In this document: piece by piece, positions 54,356 to 64,000 of the stretch
Layout: each line of letters starts with the position of its first letter
Numbering within the stretch: the stretch's first letter is position 1
Assembly (NCBI RefSeq): GCF_009834535.1
Contig: NC_045697.1
Location: forward strand, 46,068,001 to 46,132,000
Direction: 5' to 3'
DNA: 64,000 nt
Origin: Camelus ferus
Taxonomy: Eukaryota
Notes under the pieces: generated by a model
The model's input: only the letters and a program-made list of their open reading frames with translations
The model's database searches: none
Told to the model about the DNA's origin: nothing
Made by a program: the position numbers and the translations under genes

Positions 54356-57300
54356 CTCGATGATTGAGAGTCTGCTCTCCAGCTTGAGATACATTGTTTT
54401 GGGCTCATTATCAAGACATCCATTTCTCAGGCACCTCGATTTATCCTCCAGGGACTTCAGGTAAAGTAGAACAGGGAGAAACTTCACTCTAGTTCAGATA
54501 TCTTATTTCATCCTATCATTTTTGAATGAGTGAAACTGCCATAGAGATGCAGCTGTTATTTCCCTCTGATTTTTTTTCACCTTAAGTTTCCTTTACAATT
54601 CCACCCACCCCTCTCCACACTGTACTTGGAGTGGGTAGATGTGAAAGGAAAGAAATGAGGATTCACTCTTGGTCTTATATACACACACACTAAACACTAG
54701 TTAGCTTTTACATTTTATATCCTCTAGGAATTTTGTAGTAATGACAGCACAAAGGCAGAAGGAATCTGCAGCCAGAGAATGGGCATGGACGATGTGACAG
54801 AAATGCAGCTGATTCTTCGTGGTACCCACACTTGAGAACAAAACAAGGCAAACCTCATACACGCAGATTTTTAAAAATTCCAGTCCAGCAAAGTGGAAGC
54901 CCTCAGTGCTTCAAAACTGTTTATTCTGTAAAGATAGCAGGCTCAGTGGTGGAAAAGACCCCTAATGAGAACAAACATACCTGAATTCTAATTCTGCAGC
55001 TCACCTCCACACACACACATACACACACACACGAACAGTAACTGTGTAGTGAGTTAAACCCTAGAGCCTCATTTTCATTCTCCATAAAAATAAGGGTAAT
55101 AATTTCTGTTCTGACGTCCTTTGTTTGGAGAAATAAAGGTAAAAACACAGTTGTAATTATGAATGTGAAATTATTACAGATTTAATTGATAATTTAAATT
55201 ATGTAATTACAAAAATTATAATTGTTTACATTAAATTTGTTAAAACAATGCACTTCCTTAATACACAAAAAAGTCTCACAATGCATGGATATAACTATTT
55301 TAACCAGATCATCTTGCCTTTGGAGAAATGCAGGTAATAAAATCAATAAGATGAATGCTCTTGTGTGTCACAATCTGTGACAGAAGCGCTTGGTCCAGCA
55401 GCTTTTTACAAGGTGGGATTATGATGCCCTATAGGTGGTTCAGCAGCTGAAAGACAACTGCAGAGAACATTTGAGAATTAGGGTGAATGAGATTTATCAG
55501 CCTGATTCTGAGGAACGCTAACGGAAGCGAAGATAAAGTAAAGAAGCCCAGTCTGCATTTGCAACTGTCTTCTTCAAATAGTGGTCCTTTTTCCCACCAA
55601 CACATCTAAAGGCAGCAAGTCACTGGTGTGTCATCTTTTCTGACTCTAAGGCCTCCAGCAGGTACAGCAGTTTCCAGAGTATGAGGATTTGTCCGGATCA
55701 CTTGTCCACCCTTTAAAAGAAAGGGATTTCGCTTCAGATTTCCATGTGGGAATACCTTTGTAGTGGACACTTTGAAGCCGTGCTAGTTAAAGCTATGTCG
55801 TAAAAGCAAACAAATAATCTCCCATTGTCTGAACTGAATGCCTTCACCAAGGCTGACGTGCCAGAGAGCACCTGGAACAAACTCTAACCTGTTTTCACCT
55901 CATTTTCTCCATTAGTAAAAGCAAAAGACAAACTCACTGGCTTCAAGACTTTTCCTCATATATGGTTACTTTTCAAAGTTTTTTTGAAAAAAGTATTTTA
56001 GGGCCTCTTACTGCATTAAGCTTTGTCTGTAATGTGTTTTGATTTGTTCAGAGAAACATGAGCAACAGGACTGTATGTTCACTAGAACAAGACATCATAG
56101 TAAAAATTTAGGGGCACATCTAATATTAAAAATTTTTTAAGTCAATGTTTTCTAAGAAAAAAGAATCATAAAGGAATTGTCTATTTCAATAGCAAAGGTC
56201 ATTGTTGGTTTGTTACAAAGGTAAAGCACTTTGAAACATTTGAAATTGTTCCTAAAAATATTACCTTTGTATTAATGAGTAAGGAAGGAAACTTTTGCAC
56301 TTTCAAATACAACTGTTTCACACCCAGTCTATTGCTGTGGAACACAGGATTGTTAACAAAGCAAAATGTAGGGGACTCATTGTTTACAGCTTCTTAAAAG
56401 GAATCTCAGGAAACTACCTTCTGTGTTAATGCAGGGAACCAGGACGTACTGGATGAGGTCTTAGTATGAACTGACACGAGATGCAAGCATCCAAAGGGAA
56501 GAGATCAGCACACACCCAGACATCAGCATTAGAGGCTGCTGGAGTGAATCACGCAGCATTTCTCTGCTGCACAAACACACCTGACCTCGGCACATAAAAC
56601 ACACATTCAGCCTTCTGCACAGGCACAGTGCTCCTAGCTCTGCAACCTGGAGAACTTGTCTTAACCTCTCTTTGCCACAGTCTCCTCACTGGGAAAATGG
56701 AGACAGTGATAAATAACCTTTGCCTCTGAGTGCTGATTTGACTGTCACTGTAAAAGCTGAGGAGCTAATGCACACAAACGAAGCACTACCTCCCTTTCCT
56801 GGCACATCGAGTGCCTAAATACTGTTAATGATCATAATGTAACCCCTCTTTTCCCTCTCACATACTTTGGGGAAAATCATTTCGGAGAAGAAATGGATTA
56901 CCATTTTGATGCAAGTCAACAAATACATCAAAATGGTCTTTCCTTTTCCAAGTCAGATTTCTTCAGCTCTGTGAAAGGTAAGGAAAACGTTCTTTATCCT
57001 GATTGGGAAAAATCACAAGGGATTTCCTTTGTCATAAATATCAGAGACAGTGTCATCAGATGACGCGTAAAGGAATGATATGCCTTCAGTTTAACAAAAA
57101 TAGTGCTCAAGTTTTGCAGGCTATGAAATAATGATCGCTCTTGTCTTCCCATTACTGGAGTGATGACATTCAGGCACCTATATCTTGTGTTCTACCAGTA
57201 AGCGTAGCATATCTCTTCTAGATAAAAAGACAGCTGTCATGTAATGCCAGAATAAAGCCTTCAGATCACACTCCATTTGTCAAGTCAGTATGTCACAAAA

Positions 57301-58169
57301 TACATTTTTCTTCTAGGGATTTTCCTAGCTTGTCCACATATTACAGGCACATTAAAGAGCCCTTCTTGTGTTAGAAACATAAAACACTCAAATAAAAACA
57401 AGCGCAAATATTCCATTCTCCAGGGGAAGATTAGAGTTTCCAGGAAACACACGTAACTGTATGCACACTTCTCTGTTACGTGCTTCTTTTTAACATGAAG
57501 CTAAAGGAGCAAATGAACAACAGTAGTCATCGCTCTACTTTATTTACATTTTGTTTTATTTTGTTTTTCATTCTTTAAAAAGTTTACCTATACTAAAATT
57601 CATTCTTTTTGGTGTGCTGCTCTAAGTTTCGTAAGTGCATAGACATATAACCATCACTACGCTGAAGAGCCTCATTTGGTTTTAATTAGCCCTAAATTAT
57701 ACATAACATAATATAAATGGCAAAGTGTGAGTGATTCATTCCTTTAAGAGGCAAACACAGAGAATGGGGGAAAATGACAGAGGAAAGGTACATGGGCTTC
57801 TGTCTTCTGAAATAAGCCCTTCATTTCCACAATTTCCATTTACTAATTTCTTCTCTTTTGTTCCCTTAAAAAAAAAAAAAAGTCTCAGCTTAAAAGCTGC
57901 TTTCTCTCAAGTGCCTTTCCTGACTCATCTCCCACCCCAGATCTAGATTAGGTCCTCCTGTGATGTTTTCAGAGTATCACTACTTACCACAATTTACCTA
58001 TACAGCTTTTTTCTGCACAGCTTTTTATGGGTAATCAGCCTAAAGTCTGTCTCCCACACGACTAAGTTGAGAGTGTGATTGGTCCTGCAGTCTCTCCAAA
58101 AATGGCATTTGTTTCAACAATTTTTTCAGGCTCAAGGATAAAATAAGCCTAATACTATCAAATTATTTT

Positions 58170-58597
58170 TAAAAATTTTTCATTGACATGTAGTTGATTT
58201 ACAGCATTAGTTTCAGGTGTACAGTGAAGTGATTCAGTTATACATATACATACATACATATATTTTCTTTTCAGATTCTTTTCCATTACATGTTATTACA
58301 AGAAATTGAATATAGTTCCCTGTGCTATACAGTAGGTCCTTGTTGTTTATCTACTTTATATATAGTAATGTGTATCTGTTAATCCCCACCCCCTAATTTA
58401 TCCCTCTCTGCCTTTTCCCCTTTGGTAACCATATTTGTTTTCCACATCCATGAGTCTGTTTTTGGCTTGTAAATAGAATTTGTATCATTGTTTTTTAAAT
58501 TCCACATATAAGTTATATCATATGATACTTATCTTTCTCTGTCTGGCTTACTTCACTCAATGGCATTATTCCATTCTTTTTTATGGCTGAGTAATAT

Positions 58598-58600
<3 letters not shown>
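58170..58600 (-). mobile_element. LINE-1 3' end, antisense, followed by (CT)n(AT)n
   Basis: ttgaatatagttccctgtgctatacagtaggtccttgttgtttatct is the reverse complement of the L1 tail seen elsewhere in the window. Confidence 0.88.
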
Positions 58601-58633
<33 letters not shown>

Positions 58634-61059
58634 ATAGTCCAAATATATATGTGGAATATATATATTTCAAATATATCAAATTCTTAATGGCATCATACCA
58701 ACCCCCTTCTTATGGTTAGGTAAAAGTTGTGTGAAAGTAAAGATCAGTATGTACAGCTGAACATCAGCAGAAGGATTTATAAAGTATGTAAATGAAGTTA
58801 CATGTGGAGTCTTCCTGGAATGAACTTGTTTCCAACCAACAAATGGCATGAGATCCACCACCAGTCTCTCTCCTCCCAGAGTTAGGCTCTACAGTTAGCT
58901 ACACCCCTTAGCTTTCATTGGATAATCAGCTCTAAGCCAGGCTGGCCCACAAAGGTTGATCTGGGTTCAAATACTGGCAAGAAGGGCAACCTAGATGCTA
59001 GCAAAGATTTCTTTCACTTTGTCTCACTACAGAAATAGCAGTCACGTAGAGTAAGGCTGACGTGCCGCAAGATTGCATGTGACCGATCCTGTCTTCTTAG
59101 CTCCTCGTGCTCCTGCGTGCAAAGTGCTGCTTTAGTTTATTCAGTCCTTTAAAGGTCTGACCAGTAAGAGGAGACAAAAAAAAGCATATACTTTCTGCCT
59201 TTTATACTTTTAAGCTGGGGGAACAGGCCACATCAGCAGCCAAGGTCCTATCAACTAGGAATTCTTGCTACTCCCCTATTAAATGTTCCCAAGTTCTCTT
59301 TCTTCTGTCATCACTGGATCTATAGAAGCCCAGCCATGGCCCACCATGAACTCCGTGACAGCCGGAACTGTGTCTATTTTGGTCACCAGTTGAATCCCCA
59401 CGATTCCTGTAACTGAGGATGCACTCAGGAAGTATTTACCGCCTGAGTGAAGAAATGAACGAATGAATGAATGAATGGGTTCTGCTTCTGACTGTGCCAT
59501 CAATTAGCTCTGTGGTTGACCCAGTTATTTACTTTCTTCATATTTCAGGCTTTCCTCAACTGTAACATGTAAAATCTATAAAAGCAGTTAGACTGGATAA
59601 TCAGCAGGAGTCTTTTTAAAAACAAGACAGATGTTATAAACATAAGATTGACAAGAAAAAGTCACTTATATTTACTTCTTATCTCAGGCACTACCAGCCA
59701 TATTGCAGCCTATTTCAATTAAACTACATTAAATGACAGAAAGAATATGTTTTAGTCCTGGCAATGCTGATTATTGGCATATGGCTTTGCATAGTATATA
59801 AACTGCATGCACTTCCATTTTTTATATACAAACTTAGGAGAAGAATAAGGAGATTTCTGACCTTTTATATCCCCAAAGTTTGATTATTCTAGTTGTTTTA
59901 AAAATTTGTTTTGTTTAAAGTAACTCTTTTTTTGTGAAAATTCCTGAATTGATGTCTTTTAAGTGCCTAAGTTCCAAAGATTTTCTTTACACTGAAGTCA
60001 AATTTACAAGTCCTCTAAACCTTACGAAGAGGATAGATATTATAGAGTTATTTCTGAAAAGGACAATAGAGGGTAGATATAAACTGGGAAAAACAAAGCA
60101 TAGAGGGAAAGCGATGTCCCAGGAGATGGAATCCCTGTGCTTGCGGGAGGATTAGGATAAGGTAACGTGATCACAGCATCCTTGCCACCAGAAGAGGGGG
60201 AGTACTCTAACTTACAAGGGTGGATTAACATCATTTCATCTCCCAAACTTTTCACTTTTTGCTCTCTTTGAAACAACAATTTTGATTCAAGAAGAACAAT
60301 TTTACTTCTCCCAGGATACAAATGGCTTTCATTTCTGTGAGAATTTCTTTTAGCCTTTGGAAAAGTGCCAAAGAGCCAGGATTTCTCCAGATTTTAAGCA
60401 CATTTCTGACACTGTGCATCCAATAAGATGTGACACATGGACATAATGGGTTCCTAGAGATAATTTTTAAAAAGAAAATAAAACTCACGTCTTTGTTACA
60501 GTAGTAAACCTCTCAGGCTGACAAGACCAGGCAGGATCAAAATGTCTTCCATTACATTCTTTCACATTCTTTTTAAAGGGCACTATTTTGCATTTGATGA
60601 AATAATGGCACACAGAAGGGAACATGCCCTTATTCAGAGCAGTTAGATTGAGAAAAAATAATTAGGTGTTGCCCTATGGCCAGAAACTCAAGGGAGACCA
60701 TAGATTCTCTAAAAAAGAAACTAGACTTATATTTAGTCACATATGTTCCATTTGAGGAAGAAAAAAGTGAAACATTTTAAACAAAATCTCTGTTCAGTGC
60801 ATTTTCTTAAGATCTCAGGTTTTTTAAAAAAATCTAGTAAAGTAGGAGAAGAGTCACAGAACAATGATAAATATAAATAAGTGGCAAAAAGAAAAATTTT
60901 TGTAAGGATGAAGAGTGAAACTGGATCAAGACAATGAAAAGACTATTTCTGAGATGACAGAAATTAATTTTTAACTTTTTAATGGACATCTTCAATTAAT
61001 CTCCTAAAGACTCCTAAATCTTTATGTGCCCCAGATATCATTCAATATCTTCATCTTAG

Positions 61060-61480
61060 ACTTGATCAGAGCCTGAGATAAGGACTGGGTGTAGATAATT
61101 CCTTTGGAAGATAGTTCTAGGAAGCAGTAAAGAGGGAGTTGAGAGAATGAAACCAGACGTGAGGGTAAAGGGCAAAAAAAGGGGATAGATCATTGAACTG
61201 GTTACCTGCGTCAGTACCTGGAGCTCAGACCCACTGGAGACATGCTGAGCACCTTGTAGAAACTGCCTCAAAATTGTCTCATAGAAGGATGGGGAAGTTG
61301 GAGCAATTAGCTATTGATTCCTTCTTCCTCCCACTTCCAGGCTGCTGGAAGCAGCTGTGCTGGTTGTGGGTACTGATGCCTTAGAAGAAAGCCTTGAGGC
61401 AGAAAAGCAGAGAGGTGCAACATTTGCCATTTGACATGGGACCCTGGAGATACACATGGAAGTGCTTACTATAGCAATGC
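61060..61480. mobile_element. Ancient ERVL-type LTR relic (family uncertain)
   Basis: cagagcctgagataaggactgggtgtagataattcctttggaagatagttctaggaagca resembles old LTR16/LTR33-type elements as recalled. Confidence 0.45.
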
Positions 61481-64000
61481 TGAAATATTTGGGCTAAGAA
61501 GAGATGGTGCAAAGCACTACAGTATCTATTAATATCTTGACTCCAAATTGTTCCTCTTCATACAGTCACTTTTCCATTAATACAATCACCCCCTTTCAAC
61601 TTGGCCAAGCTAAAATACTTTGAGTGATCATATCTTTTCCATCCACCATATCTAATATTGAAGTTTCACTCTTTCTGTCCTGGAAATCTGGAATCTGTTT
61701 CTTTTCTTTTTTATTTATTTGAACAAGATATATATTTTACATAGTTTTAATCATATTGTATGTATAATTTAGTTCCTTTTTATTTTAACATGGGAACACA
61801 AATTGAAAATGGGTAATGATAAAGTCCTATATTTAGGCTAAGAAAATCAGTTGCTCAAGTACAAGATAGAGCACAGAGAAGCTAACAATATTTGTATTAA
61901 AACATTCTCAAATACAACACACAAGTAAAAGATCTTGGGATTGTGAGTTTGTCAAAATCTCAATGTAAATCGCTATTGAGATAAGGCTTCTCAAAATTAC
62001 TTGCAACATTGGGATACTTTAAGAAAGATGCAGATACATGTTTCCAAAGCAGGATGAAATATTTTAAAATAGAACCAGAGAATAACAGCCAATAAAGTAT
62101 AAAATATTTGATAATATTATTTGATTGAATGATCTGAGGATGTTCTAGCATATAAAATAGAATTGGGAGAATGATACCTTCTTTTGGAGTTATAGTTTTT
62201 GACAACATTTACTTGGATGTATTCCCAATTTCAATCCAAATATAAAAGTGAGTACTTAAAAAAAACAATAGAGGCCTTATTGCCATAACATTATTAGAGT
62301 TGAACAACTACTAACAGGATCCTTAATGGTTCACGTATGAAAACCCATAGTCCCTTAGTTATAAATTTATAACTGTGACTGGGAAAATTAGTGTATAATT
62401 TCTAAAATAGAAGAAATCCTAGAAGAAACTTTAATTTCATGTCCAGTTATAGAAAAGCATAGACTGAGATTTACTTTTAAAAATATGGTTTGTGTTTTTA
62501 GACATTAAATAATTTAAATTTTAAAAGGAATGCAAACTTATTCAAACAAAAGAGACCTCTACATTTAAAAATGTAATCAATGTTGGTGTATTCCATGTTG
62601 GTAGTATGTTCTTCCATGACTTTTTCTATGCTATTTCAATTATCCCCAAATATTTGGGAGGTTTTTGTTTATTTTAGGAAATGAAATCTTATAATACACA
62701 TGGTTGTGCTGCCCTCATATAAAAATATGCCAAGGGTAGCCCTCCTAGACTAGATCAATACGTATGGATCTAATTCATTCTCTTAGATATTTGCTCTATG
62801 TTTCATAGACTCATATACAATAAATATATACTCTTTAAGTTCTTTCCAACATTTTTTAGCAGTAATTACTTACAATGCAAAACATTCAAATGTACCTTTG
62901 ATTTTATTTCTGTGCGATAGAGTCCCCAAAACTGGGATAGCTGGGTTAAAGGTTACGAGCAATTTTTATCTGAATAAACGCTGCCAGATTACTTAACAAA
63001 AGCTATATATCTCCTCAAAGACCCCTGCAGCAATGCATGAAGCTCTCCACTTCTGTAGAAACATAGATATTCTGGATTTTACATTCTTGGAAAGATGTCT
63101 TCAATTATTTTAAAAGATTTGCTAATGAGATTGGATTATTTTGTATCATTCTGGAGCTTAGAACTAGTTTAAGTGAAATTAGCTTTTGGCTTGGTATATT
63201 TTTTTCTAGCAATGAGAGCTGTTCATAAATATAGACTGCTTTTTTCAGAGATCAGTTTACTGTTTCTGCAAACTATGCTTTGGAAATAACCTGCTAAAAA
63301 TAATTCTTATATTTGCATAATAGTTTATTGCTTATATAACACATTCATATTTTAAATTTCTATTACTCTTTTGATCTCCATTAATCTGTTATTTTGTATG
63401 CTAGTTTTTAGTAAATCTTGTTTTCTGAAGATTTATATTAATCTCCAATGTATTCTCTCATTTTCCTTCTCCGTGTGTCTCCCAGCCCCAGTTTTGTTTT
63501 TGGCATTTTGGAAAAAAACAGAGTATTATGGGGTACACCATTCACCCAGAAGTAGGTAGTATAGTCATCAATATCCTAATTATGTGTCTTTTATAGACCA
63601 CATACCAACTTAATATTCACTTTAAAATAGTAAAGTTTAATTCAGACTTATCTGTAAATGCAACACGGCTCTTAGATTTAGGTTTATCTCTATTACCCTA
63701 GCCAATGTCAGTGATGCTGGAACCAAACTGCAAAATATTCCTCCCTTCATCTCCCCATAACTGAATTTTGATATGAGAATCAAAGGTGAAGACTTTAAAA
63801 ACAAGCTTAATGGAGTAGTTTTAATTAACAGTTAGATTGTATTTTGGTAGAGGTTGCAGTTCTTAGAAAGCCGGCAGGGGAAAAGTGTTCTTACAACTGT
63901 GAACATCAGAGACCTCAGAACTTGGTGATTACATGTCTTGGCAACAATGAGAGTAAGTACACCATCCCAAGGGCAGATGACATATTTTCCAGACGTCACT

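Noticed and set aside
1..64000. CRISPR array, prokaryotic operon or novel multi-gene system
   Set aside because: No repeat-spacer structure or dense coding; the window is explained by one spliced mammalian gene plus interspersed repeats.

Overview
Mammalian genomic DNA, very probably a camelid, judging by Vic-1-like tRNA-derived SINEs and by CDS numbering that matches reported llama/alpaca/dromedary variants. The window holds one protein-coding gene, FGF5 (hair-cycle regulator), complete on the minus strand. Coding exons are 44873-44513, 37150-37047 and 26270-25923 (361+104+348 = 813 nt, 270 aa plus stop), with canonical GT-AG junctions. The promoter has a CpG island and a TATA box. The allele is intact at the positions of the reported camelid long-hair variants. 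Regulatory features readable from the sequence are a 38-aa upstream ORF whose stop overlaps the FGF5 start codon (ATGA), the exon-2-skipped FGF5S frame, and three let-7 seed matches in the 3' UTR. The rest is intronic or intergenic DNA with L1, L2, MIR, SINE, LTR and DNA-transposon relics and microsatellites. Repeat family names are from recalled consensus sequences and their boundaries are approximate. I found no convincing evidence of a previously undescribed biological system.
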